A stretch of 32,000 bases of DNA, taken from positions 1,367,599 through 1,399,598 of the forward strand of contig OY764081.1 in NCBI GenBank assembly GCA_963667985.1, given 5' to 3'. Each line of letters starts with the position of its first letter. Position 1 is the stretch's first letter. This DNA is from an uncultured Methanocorpusculum sp. (GTDB taxonomy: Archaea; Halobacteriota; Methanomicrobia; Methanomicrobiales; Methanocorpusculaceae). Both the position numbers and the translations under genes were made by a program. The notes beneath the pieces were generated by a model. It saw only the letters and a program-made list of their open reading frames with translations. It was not told the DNA's origin and did no database searches. Of this stretch, positions 15,804-24,171 are shown piece after piece.

Positions 15804-16568
15804 GTGGCAACAACACTGAGTTCATCACTGACCGAGATTCGTGAACTGAAAAAGGAGGTCACCGAGCTGCGTATGAATTTAAAGCGCTTTATCGAGCATG
15901 CAAACCAGCAGCATGCGATGACTGCCCTCACCGATCTCAAACAGAATTATGCCGGGTTTTTAGCAAACGATCAGGTGGAAACGGCAAAATCCGAGCTTTC
16001 TTCGAAGATGGTCGCAGACTGCGGAATGCGGGACAAATGCTACGGCGTGTTTCTGGAGTTTCTGCAGAACACATCTAAGCATATCAAAGACGGCCGGGTG
16101 TCCGAAGAGATCATCCAGTCCTACCGTGACCAGCTGAAAAACATGCGGGAAGCGGGGCCTTTCGACCGGTGCGACACCTGTTTTTCGCAGGTCTACCGGC
16201 TCTTTGAAAAACAGGTCGATCTCATGCAGTCTCTCGGCATTTATGAAGACAGCAGCCGGGAACAGGAGATCATTACCGATATCCCGGAAGAAACGGCGGT
16301 CAGAGATCTGTTGGAGCCGATCGCAAACGTCCTGCGGTTCCAGATTTTGAAATCGCTTGCGGCCCAGACCCGGACCTTTTCCGAGATCTCTGCCCTGACC
16401 GGGCTTCGCGGCGGGAACCTGCTGTTTCATATCAAAAAACTCACCGAATCAGGGATGATCCTGCAGAGCCATGAACGGGGGGATTACGTAATAACGGATA
16501 AAGGATTCAAAACGCTGAACGCCGTTTCGGCGTTGTACCGCGAGACCCATCACCCCCATATGCGCTAA
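15804..16568 (+). CDS. ArsR-type winged-helix regulator with a long N-terminal coiled-coil/Cys-containing sensor-like domain
   Basis: The C-terminus (RFQILKSLA..TRTFSEISALTGLRGGNLLFHIKKLTESGMI) is ArsR-like. The N-terminal domain has C-x5-C and C-x2-C motifs. I prefer the GTG at 15804, preceded by AAGGAGGG; the track ATG is at 15765. Confidence 0.7.
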   Translation: MATTLSSSLTEIRELKKEVTELRMNLKRFIEHANQQHAMTALTDLKQNYAGFLANDQVETAKSELSSKMVADCGMRDKCYGVFLEFLQNTSKHIKDGRVSEEIIQSYRDQLKNMREAGPFDRCDTCFSQVYRLFEKQVDLMQSLGIYEDSSREQEIITDIPEETAVRDLLEPIANVLRFQILKSLAAQTRTFSEISALTGLRGGNLLFHIKKLTESGMILQSHERGDYVITDKGFKTLNAVSALYRETHHPHMR

Positions 16569-16593
16569 AAAAAGAAAAAAATATTTTTTGGAT

Positions 16594-17370
16594 TTATACG
16601 AGCTCGGTTCCGCCGGCCACGACCACGAACTGGCCGGTGACGTAACTCGACATGTCGCTTGAGAAGTAGAGGATGGTTCCTTTCAGTTCGCCGCGTTTTG
16701 CCGGCAGGTTCAGCGGGCAGACTCTGCTGTACTGAGTGAGGAACTCGGATGATTTGAATAATGTGCCTTCCGTCATATCCGATTCAAAGAGACCGGGGCC
16801 GACCGCATTGACGGTGATGTTGTTCTGTCCGTATGAGGTTGCCATACCCATAGTCAGACCAAGGACGGCGGCCTTCGACGTGTTGTACACGTGGCGGACG
16901 AACATGTCTCCCTTGTCGCCGATGATGGCGTTGATCGAGGCGGTGTTGATGATCTTTCCGTAGTTCTGGGCTTTCATGTGCGGCACGACATATTTGCTCA
17001 TGAGGTAGATGCCTTTGACGTTCGTGTCCATCGATCTGTCCCACTCTTCTACGGTGAGGGTCTCGACAGTTCCGCGCTGGGCAATGCCGGCGTTGTTGAA
17101 GAGGATGTGGATCGTTCCGTAATGTTTGACGATCGCATCAACCGCCTCTTTTACGCTCTGTTCGTTGGTTACATCGCACGGGTAGGTGAAAACGTCTCCG
17201 CCTTTACCGGCGATTTCTTTTGCGACTACTTCCAGTTTGTCTGTTCTGCGTGCAAGCATGGCGACTTTTGCTCCGGCTTCTGCGTATGCTCTTGCCGCGT
17301 CGGCGCCAAGACCGCTGGAAGCTCCGGCGACAACCGCCACTTTTCCTGTCAAATCACAATAGTTAATCAT
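16594..17370 (-). CDS. short-chain dehydrogenase/reductase (FabG/gluconate-5-dehydrogenase-like)
   Basis: 258 aa. Contains GASSGLG (TGxxxGxG), NNAG, and the YNTSK catalytic Y-x3-K. Confidence 0.9.
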   Translation of the reverse strand: MINYCDLTGKVAVVAGASSGLGADAARAYAEAGAKVAMLARRTDKLEVVAKEIAGKGGDVFTYPCDVTNEQSVKEAVDAIVKHYGTIHILFNNAGIAQRGTVETLTVEEWDRSMDTNVKGIYLMSKYVVPHMKAQNYGKIINTASINAIIGDKGDMFVRHVYNTSKAAVLGLTMGMATSYGQNNITVNAVGPGLFESDMTEGTLFKSSEFLTQYSRVCPLNLPAKRGELKGTILYFSSDMSSYVTGQFVVVAGGTELV

Positions 17371-17683
17371 TTTCTGTCAAGCTGATACTTATCCGTTTGG
17401 AATAATAAAGAAAATGCCACTCAAAAACCGGAATACGCAGGGTTTTTCTGTGCAGAATACCTGAAGCATTTTTCCGGATAAAAATGGGACAAAATGGAAA
17501 ACAGCGGCAGGAAACAAGAAAAATGCCTGACCTGCTCAGGGGGCCTGGAAGCGAATTCAGAAACTTTATCTTGAAACAATGTGTTTATGAGATATAATGA
17601 AAGAGACAGGCAGTTATGACGGACGCGGGCATGTCTGAAGATCCCCTTCTGTCGATCCAGCAGAAACTGATCTCCTGCGGAAT

Positions 17684-17709
17684 GCGGGAGTATGAAGCGG
17701 GAGTATGAA
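17684..17709 (+). repeat. perfect tandem duplication of 13 bp (GCGGGAGTATGAA x2, followed by GCG)
   Basis: Read directly from the sequence: copy 1 at 17684-17696, copy 2 at 17697-17709. Confidence 0.95.
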
Positions 17710-18423
17710 GCGAAAATCTATGTGACCATCTTCAGCCGTGGGATTCTGACCGCGTATGAGATCCATCAGTTCAGCGGGGTCCCCCGCGGGAGGGTGTACG
17801 ATGTCCTGACGATTCTCGAGCAGAAGGGTTTCATCTCCCGTTCGTGGGAGAAACCGGTCTATTATACTGCCGAACCGGTGGAGAAGGTTTCTCTTCGTCT
17901 GGTGAAGGATACACTGGCAAATCTGGAACACATGACCACCTGTCTCAACGAACTTCAGGACGTCTGCTATCCTCTGGGTGGTAAAATCGTCGGCGTGCAT
18001 GAATTCCAGACCGATCTTGCGATAGATACGCAGATCCGGATGGAACTCAGGCGTTCCTGCAAGGAGGTCCTTATCCTCTGTTTCGATGAGCGGATCCTGC
18101 AGAGATATTTTGACGACATCAAGGAAGCCGCCAAGCGGATCCCGGTGTATGTCGTCGTGAAAGATAAGAAAATGGCGAAGTTCTCCCCGATAAAATGCTA
18201 TATGGTCAAACGGGGGATCCCCATGACGACGATGGAGATGCCGGTCTCTTCCAAAAAACAGCGGCTCCCCGTTCTTGCGCAGTTCTATCACGACCGTCAG
18301 GGCACGATCGCGATCCTTGAACATAAGGGTCAGATGATCTGCCTTGGTCTTGTGAATAACGTCTCGGTGTTTGTGGCGCAGAGCATCCTTCAGAATATCG
18401 AACGGATCGAGCCGGACGAGTGA
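17692..18423 (+). CDS. TrmB-family transcriptional regulator; the 5' end is disrupted by a 13-bp tandem duplication (ancestral start probably 17616)
   Basis: EYEAKIYVTIFSRGILTAYEIHQFSGVPRGRVYDVLTILEQKGFI is the TrmB N-terminal wHTH. The upstream short ORF 17616..17708 (MTDAGMSEDPLLSIQQKLISCGMREYEAGV, then stop) joins in frame once one repeat copy is removed. Confidence 0.75.
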   Translation: MKREYEAKIYVTIFSRGILTAYEIHQFSGVPRGRVYDVLTILEQKGFISRSWEKPVYYTAEPVEKVSLRLVKDTLANLEHMTTCLNELQDVCYPLGGKIVGVHEFQTDLAIDTQIRMELRRSCKEVLILCFDERILQRYFDDIKEAAKRIPVYVVVKDKKMAKFSPIKCYMVKRGIPMTTMEMPVSSKKQRLPVLAQFYHDRQGTIAILEHKGQMICLGLVNNVSVFVAQSILQNIERIEPDE

Positions 18424-18458
18424 GTGGGTCGGGAACAATAGGACGGGCGCGGGCGGTC

Positions 18459-19466
18459 TTAATTCGCCAACCGCTTTACAATCCTCATTGCTCTAAGGGT
18501 AAGCCATTTGCTTTGTTCGTCCTTATGTCCGATTGGTATGAGAAGTCGGTCACTGGCATAGGTATTTTCAAGTCTCCATCTGCCCGATTCGTCCTGCTTG
18601 GACACAACGAGGTTAAGAGCATCGTCCATGCGGGTGTCCCTAACACCAAGTTCGCTAAGAATATCGAGTATTTCCAGCACATCGGTCTGATACATCAAGG
18701 GAAAACCAAATTTGAGCCAGCCGGGTTTTGATGTCCGCTTGAGATTATGGCTGCGTTTATAGATATGGTGGGTCAGGATAAACTCCGCGGCCTTGTCTAT
18801 TGTGTCTTGCACCGCCTGCGTTCTCTGTTCCTCAGGTATGGCGCTAAACGCTTTGAGCGCTTTAACGACGCCCATATGGCAGGTATGCTGGCCCCAGCAT
18901 GTTTCATATCGGTTATACGGGGGGACCTGCGGGTCATCTTCCGTCCCGTCGTTGAAGCGCATATACTGGGTGAGCCAGTCAATACCTTTCTGCAACCGTG
19001 GATCATCAATATACCCGAAGCGTATGAGGCTCCAGACCATATTTCCCGTTAGACAGGGGATAACCTCATGTATTCTTCCGCCTCCGGTTTTTACTGTGGC
19101 GTTCTGCGAAAAACCGCCGTCCTGCTTTTCCTGTGAACACGTCAGTATATATTCACAATGTTCCTGAATCTGCGGCGAAGGGCTGGCGCCTAACTCCGCA
19201 AGCGTGATCAGCGACCAGACAAGCCCTTTGTATTTATACGTGTAAAATCTAGGATGGGCTTGGAGATAGGCAGGTTCCTGTTGTTTTCGAAGAATATCGG
19301 GGACAATACCATTTTGCATGATTTCATATTTTGCCTGCCGGACTTTTGGGTCATCTTCGGGTTTGTCTAATATCTGCTTTAACGCAAAATACCGTACTGA
19401 AGGATTTTCTTCTTCTAACAGCCAATTTGTGTGATCTGCTTTGAGTATCGCTTTCCAATTTTCCAT
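18459..19466 (-). CDS. alpha/alpha-toroid (prenyltransferase / terpene-cyclase-like repeat) protein of unknown function
   Basis: 335 aa. The N-terminal WLLEEENPSVRYFALKQILD...DPKV..AK..IM..G.VP.IL resembles a bacterial hypothetical family. It has DGGF and CLTGN-type repeat motifs. GC content and codon choice are visibly lower than in neighbouring genes. Confidence 0.55.
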   Translation of the reverse strand: MENWKAILKADHTNWLLEEENPSVRYFALKQILDKPEDDPKVRQAKYEIMQNGIVPDILRKQQEPAYLQAHPRFYTYKYKGLVWSLITLAELGASPSPQIQEHCEYILTCSQEKQDGGFSQNATVKTGGGRIHEVIPCLTGNMVWSLIRFGYIDDPRLQKGIDWLTQYMRFNDGTEDDPQVPPYNRYETCWGQHTCHMGVVKALKAFSAIPEEQRTQAVQDTIDKAAEFILTHHIYKRSHNLKRTSKPGWLKFGFPLMYQTDVLEILDILSELGVRDTRMDDALNLVVSKQDESGRWRLENTYASDRLLIPIGHKDEQSKWLTLRAMRIVKRLAN

Positions 19467-19645
19467 TTTTCCCTCTTTTGTATAAGCAGTACGGCAGCAA
19501 TGTGGTATTTGACAGTGTGCAGATTTTTCTGTCTCTTCTCCTATGCTCTAACGCCTAACTCAATCATTCAGCCTCCATCTTCAAATATCTATTTCCTGAA
19601 AACCGCACTCATTGATCCACCTGAATTCTTTGCACATCCCGGAGA

Positions 19646-19756
19646 TTAGGATTCCCCACCGCGGGACGCTCCGCACCGGATCGCAAATCAGAAATTTGCT
19701 CTGCTGAGGTCGTCCGCTTTCAGCGTCCAACCCGCAGTCGCCTCCCCGCACCCCGA
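19646..19756 (-). repeat. modular GC-rich hairpin repeat, long copy (modules M1-M2-M3 read on the minus strand)
   Basis: A 19-nt core CCACCGCGGGACGCTCCGC (19656-19674) and a 14-nt core TCCCCGCACCCCGA (19743-19756) each recur perfectly, as the reverse complement, at 28856-28874 and 28830-28843. The internal hairpin GCAAATcagaaATTTGC lies at 19683-19699. Confidence 0.8.
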
Positions 19757-19889
19757 TTAAAAAAAGAAAGATAGAATACGAGTATGAGAAAAACCCGCGG
19801 GCGGGTTTTTCCCAGCATTTTTCCAGAGAGGGTGCGATTCCTGCGCAGGCGATAAGCCGGAGCAGAGCACCCGAACGCAAGAAAAATGC

Positions 19890-19919
19890 GATTCGCGTTA
19901 ATTCGCGGAGATTCGCGGT
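19890..19919. repeat. three ATTCGCG motifs with exact 10-bp periodicity
   Basis: ATTCGCG occurs at 19891, 19901 and 19911. The related pair CGCGAATC lies at 28980 and 28990 on the opposite strand. Confidence 0.8.
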
Positions 19920-20020
19920 GGGCTTTCTCAGGCTTCCACACCAAACCTTACCCTTCCCGAATTTCACACCCATAACTCCAATCCTTCCGCCCCCTGTTTC
20001 TTATTTTGTGAATTTCGTTA

Positions 20021-20084
20021 CCACCCCGCAGTCGCAAATCAAAGATTTGCTCCGCTGAGGGCGAGCCTATCGGCTCACCCCGCT
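20021..20084 (-). repeat. modular hairpin repeat copy directly after the aldehyde dehydrogenase stop
   Basis: Read on the minus strand, GGGTGAGCCgataGGCTCGCCC (20059-20080) and GCAAATCtttGATTTGC (20034-20050) form stems. The sequence is homologous to module M2 of the 19646-19756 copy. Confidence 0.7.
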
Positions 20085-21452
20085 TCACCCGAACAAAATA
20101 CTCTTCGGCTCCGTGTATTCGTACACGAAGTCCCTGCCGTTTTCCCGTCCGAATCCCGAGTTCGCGACCCCGCCAAACGGCATTTCCGGCGGAAGCGTCA
20201 GATGCTTGTTCACCCAGACGACCCCGCATCTAAGCCCCTCGGCAAAGTTATGGGCCGTTCCTATATCGGTGGTCCAGACCGATGACCCGAGACCGTACTG
20301 GGTGGAATTTGCGATATTGAGTGCCTCGTCGGGAGTATTGAACGGGATCACCGACATCACCGGTCCGAAGATCTCCTCCGAGACCGCGAGTGGACTCACG
20401 TTTTTCAGCAGCGTCGGTGCATAGAAGTTGCCGGGCATCTCCAGTCTCTTCCCGCCGTACACGAGCTGGGCATCGCCGTTAGCGAGGATGTTTTCCACCC
20501 AGGCCTCGATCTGGGCCAGCTGATCGGGATTATTCACCGGCCCCATATTCACTTTTTCAAGACCGTTTCCAACCACGTAACCCGAAAGCATAACCTCGGC
20601 TTTGTGCACGAACTCATCGGCAAGCGATGCGTCGACCAAGATCCGCTTGGCAGACGTGCAGACCTGGCCGCAGTTGTAGAACCGGTTTCTGACCGCCGCT
20701 TTCACCGCGGCGTCGATGTCGGCCGTTTTCGTCACGATGAAACTGTCGTTCCCGCCAAGCTCCAGCGTCAGTTTTTTCAGATGCGGGGCGGCGAGAAGCG
20801 AAACCGCCTTTCCGGATTGGACCGATCCGGTAAACGAGATGTGACGGACATCAGGGTGCGAGACTAGCGCGGCGCCGGTTTCCCCTCCCGATCCCGTCAC
20901 GATCTGCAGGGCCTCTTTGGGAAAGCCTCCTTCGTGCAGCGCCTCGGCGATCTTTAAGATCGTCAGAGACGCGGTCTTCGACGGCTTTGCAAGAACCGCG
21001 TTCCCGCAGGCAAGTGCGGCTCCTGCTTTCCAGGCAAAAATCATCACCGGTATGTTCCAGGGAATAATCGCGGCGCAGACCCCGAGCGGTTTTCGAACAA
21101 CGTTCAGATACCCGTAGCCCGGCAGATTGCGGGCATCGCCCGGAATACTCCCGCATACCGAGGCATAATACTCAAACACATGGGCGGACCCGAGGATCTC
21201 GTCACGTGCTTCCCGAAGCGGTTTTCCCTGTTCGGTCGTCAGCAGAACAGCAAGTTCCTCCACCCGTGCCCGCATCAGGGACGCGGCGTTCACAAACATC
21301 ACGGCACGCTTCGATGCCGCCGTCTTCTCCCATGTCGGCAGGATATCGGCGGCCGCGTTCACAAAATTGTCCACATCATCGGGCGCGGCGTTTGGTATTG
21401 TGCCGATGACTTCATTCGTGGCAGGATTTCTCACGTCGAGAGATGATTGCAT
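20085..21452 (-). CDS. NAD(P)-dependent aldehyde dehydrogenase family protein (lactaldehyde-dehydrogenase-like size and pattern)
   Basis: 455 aa. Contains LELGGND, the FYNCGQVCTSAKR catalytic Cys region, and EEIFGPV. Confidence 0.9.
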   Translation of the reverse strand: MQSSLDVRNPATNEVIGTIPNAAPDDVDNFVNAAADILPTWEKTAASKRAVMFVNAASLMRARVEELAVLLTTEQGKPLREARDEILGSAHVFEYYASVCGSIPGDARNLPGYGYLNVVRKPLGVCAAIIPWNIPVMIFAWKAGAALACGNAVLAKPSKTASLTILKIAEALHEGGFPKEALQIVTGSGGETGAALVSHPDVRHISFTGSVQSGKAVSLLAAPHLKKLTLELGGNDSFIVTKTADIDAAVKAAVRNRFYNCGQVCTSAKRILVDASLADEFVHKAEVMLSGYVVGNGLEKVNMGPVNNPDQLAQIEAWVENILANGDAQLVYGGKRLEMPGNFYAPTLLKNVSPLAVSEEIFGPVMSVIPFNTPDEALNIANSTQYGLGSSVWTTDIGTAHNFAEGLRCGVVWVNKHLTLPPEMPFGGVANSGFGRENGRDFVYEYTEPKSILFG

Positions 21453-21543
21453 GCTGGAGTATTATGCCGTAGCCTATTTAGTCCTGTCCGTCGAAGCAGA
21501 AAAAATAGGAAATCTCTTGTTCCTGCAAAGAGAACGTATTCGC

Positions 21544-21959
21544 ATGCACGAATACGCTGAAAAGATCGCATCGATAGGTGCCGCTGCCAACCCGACGTTC
21601 ATGACCCTTGGGATCACCCCGGTCTCATGGGGGACGGGCAGGCAGTTCTCAAAATGAAAGCCTCGGATAAAATGCACAACGGTATCGGATTCCTGCAGGG
21701 GGGCTTTTACGTCATCCTCGCGGACGAGGCGATCGCCCTTGCGATTTTAGCAGAACTCGATCCAGGATCCGGCACCGCGACCATCTCCGAAACAACGGAA
21801 TTTATCCGCGGCACGAAAGACGACGAGATCTTCGCCGTTGCAAAGATCATCCGGAAAGGAAGAAGAATCGTCTTTGCAGAGGCGGAGGTCATACGCGGAA
21901 GTGTTGACGGCGATCTCCTTTCAAAAACTACGGCCTCGTATCTGATAACCCAGTGCTGA
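21544..21959 (+). CDS. PaaI/hotdog-fold thioesterase, apparent +1/-1 frameshift in a G5 run
   Basis: Track ORF 21627..21959 carries HNGIGFLQGGFYVILADEAIA, the PaaI-type core. The N-terminal part MHEYAEKIASIGAAANPTFMTLGITPVSW is in another frame starting from the ATG at 21544. One extra G in GGGGG (21629-21633) would join them as ...PVSWGDGQAVLKM. Confidence 0.7.
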
Positions 21960-22012
21960 CGTCATGACAGATTCATATTCCGTCACGCCAAACTATAACG
22001 TTATGGAGGAGC

Positions 22013-24166
22013 ATGGCTGTTGAACTGGAAGTTGTAGACCGGGTCGAGGAGTGGACCGGGTTTCTGAAAAAGAAATACAAAAGTGAGCTCAATAAGATAT
22101 CCCGTGAATATCCAAGCGAACGCTCCCTTGAAATAGACTATGGTGTTCTGGAAAAATACGGAAAGATTGGCGTCGTTCTCGCCGACGAACTCCTCGAACA
22201 CCCGGGAAAGACCTTAGAGGACGTCAAAGACGCGATTAGGACGTCGCGCCTCATCACCGGCAAGGATGTTGAAGGAAACGACATCTCCGACACTATCATA
22301 AGCAAAGTCAACATCCGGTTCATCCGCCTCCCGCGAAAGACCCAGATCCGGGACATCCGGGCCGAAGACATCAATAAATTCATCAGCATCGACGGGATCG
22401 TGCGCCGGGTCACCGAGGTCCGCCCCCGGCTCGTCACCGGAGCGTTCCGGTGCGTGAACGGGCATATCACCTACAAAAAACAGGAGTACGGTTCCTACTC
22501 CGAGCCGGATATGTGCGGGCATGCCGAGTGTACGCTGAAAAAGCTCGAACTCGTGCAGAGCAAATCGACCTTCATCGACTCGCAGAAACTTCGTGTCCAG
22601 GAGACGCCCGAAGGACTTCGTGGCGGGGAGCAGCCCCAGAACATCGACATCGACACGGTCGACGATCTCTGCGGCAAAGTATCGCCGGGTGACCGCGTCA
22701 TCGTGAACGGCATCCTTCGCAGCGTGCAGAGAGTCGTCGGCGGTCAAAAAAGCACCGTCTTCGATCTCTACATCGAATGCAACTCGATCGAGATCTCGAT
22801 CAAAGAGTTCGAAGAGGTCAACATCTCCGAAGAGGACGAGGTCACGATCAAAGATATGGCCGCCGACCCCGGCGTGTACGGAAAGATCGCCAGGTCTATC
22901 GCCCCGACCATCTACGGAAACGACGAGGTCAAGGAGGCCATCGCTCTCCAGATGTTCGGCGGGATCCCAAAGGAAATGCCGGACGGATCCAGTCTTCGAG
23001 GCGATATCCATATCCTTTTAGTTGGTGACCCGGGTATTGCAAAATCCCAGCTACTTCGCTACGTCATCAAGCTCGCGCCACGCGGCATCTACACGTCCGG
23101 AAAATCCGCCTCCTCGGCCGGTCTGACGGCCGCCGCCGTGAAAGACGATCTTGGAGATGGCCGCTGGACGCTTGAGGCCGGAGCGCTCGTTCTCGCGGAC
23201 AAAGGTATCGCCGCGGTGGATGAAATGGACAAGATGCAGAAAGACGACCGCTCCTCCCTGCACGAAGCAATGGAGCAGCAGTCTGTTTCGATCGCCAAGG
23301 CCGGCATCAATGCCACGCTTCGGACCCGCTGTTCCCTGCTTGGAGCCGCAAACCCCAAGCTCGGCAGATTCGACGAGTATGCCAACATCTCCGAACAGAT
23401 CAACATGCCGCCGTCCCTTCTCTCCCGTTTCGATCTGATCTTCATCATGAAGGATCAGCCGGACGCAACGAGGGATCTGAACATCGCCCGGCACATCTTA
23501 AAGGCCCACTCGGCCGGTGAGAAGATCATGCGGCACAAGAAGTACCCAATCCCGGGAGCGGACGACGAGTACTTCCAGCGCGAACTTGCCCCGGTAACGC
23601 CGGAGATCGACGCCGCGATGCTCAGGAAATACCTCGCCTATGCAAAACGAAACTGCTTCCCGCTCTTAAAAGACGAGGCGAAGGAAGTTCTCGTTCAGTA
23701 TTATCAGAGCCTTCGAAGCGTCGCCTACGAAAACTCCGACAAGCCAGTCCCGATCACCGCCCGTCAGCTCGAAGCACTCGTCCGTCTCGCTGAAGCGAGC
23801 GCCCGGGTCCGTCTCGCCGACGAGGTTGAGCAGGAGGATGCGGAACGCGTCGTTAAGATCGTGGACGCCTGTCTGAGACAGGTCGCCTACGACGCGAAGA
23901 CCGGCTCTCTCGACATCGACAAGATCACCACCGGAACGTCCAGATCTGGGCGTGCGATCCGCCGCGAACTCAAAGAGACGATCGAGACGCTGATCCAGGC
24001 AAGCGACGACCGGGTCGCGAAGGTCGATCAGATCATGGAGACGATGGAGAACAAGTATCATTATAAGAGGGATGAGGTGGAACACATCCTGGAAAGAATG
24101 AGGATGGACGGGGAAGTGTTCCAGCCGAGGAACGGTCTTATCAAGTTCACCGCACCCATGAGGTAA
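22013..24166 (+). CDS. mcm: MCM replicative helicase
   Basis: 717 aa. Has an N-terminal Zn motif (C..H...C..C), Walker A (GDPGIAKSQLL), Walker B (DEMDKM), the SRFDLIF arginine finger and a C-terminal wH domain. No intein is evident. Confidence 0.95.
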   Translation: MAVELEVVDRVEEWTGFLKKKYKSELNKISREYPSERSLEIDYGVLEKYGKIGVVLADELLEHPGKTLEDVKDAIRTSRLITGKDVEGNDISDTIISKVNIRFIRLPRKTQIRDIRAEDINKFISIDGIVRRVTEVRPRLVTGAFRCVNGHITYKKQEYGSYSEPDMCGHAECTLKKLELVQSKSTFIDSQKLRVQETPEGLRGGEQPQNIDIDTVDDLCGKVSPGDRVIVNGILRSVQRVVGGQKSTVFDLYIECNSIEISIKEFEEVNISEEDEVTIKDMAADPGVYGKIARSIAPTIYGNDEVKEAIALQMFGGIPKEMPDGSSLRGDIHILLVGDPGIAKSQLLRYVIKLAPRGIYTSGKSASSAGLTAAAVKDDLGDGRWTLEAGALVLADKGIAAVDEMDKMQKDDRSSLHEAMEQQSVSIAKAGINATLRTRCSLLGAANPKLGRFDEYANISEQINMPPSLLSRFDLIFIMKDQPDATRDLNIARHILKAHSAGEKIMRHKKYPIPGADDEYFQRELAPVTPEIDAAMLRKYLAYAKRNCFPLLKDEAKEVLVQYYQSLRSVAYENSDKPVPITARQLEALVRLAEASARVRLADEVEQEDAERVVKIVDACLRQVAYDAKTGSLDIDKITTGTSRSGRAIRRELKETIETLIQASDDRVAKVDQIMETMENKYHYKRDEVEHILERMRMDGEVFQPRNGLIKFTAPMR

Positions 24167-24171
24167 TATAA

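Noticed and set aside
17614-18438. 274-aa minus-strand ORF covering the whole trmB locus
   Set aside because: It is a shadow ORF antisense to a gene with a clear TrmB wHTH signature. Its translation is R/H/D-rich and low-complexity with no recognisable motif.
19581-20229. Track ORFs of 74-130 aa within the 19.5-20.2 kb spacer
   Set aside because: They lie in the repeat-rich region. Their translations are R/G/P-rich low-complexity sequence with no start-site context, and they overlap each other on the same strand.
22214-23011. 265-aa minus-strand ORF, plus several 80-180-aa ORFs on both strands inside mcm
   Set aside because: These are shadow ORFs of a GC-rich-third-position gene. MCM motifs are unambiguous on the plus strand.
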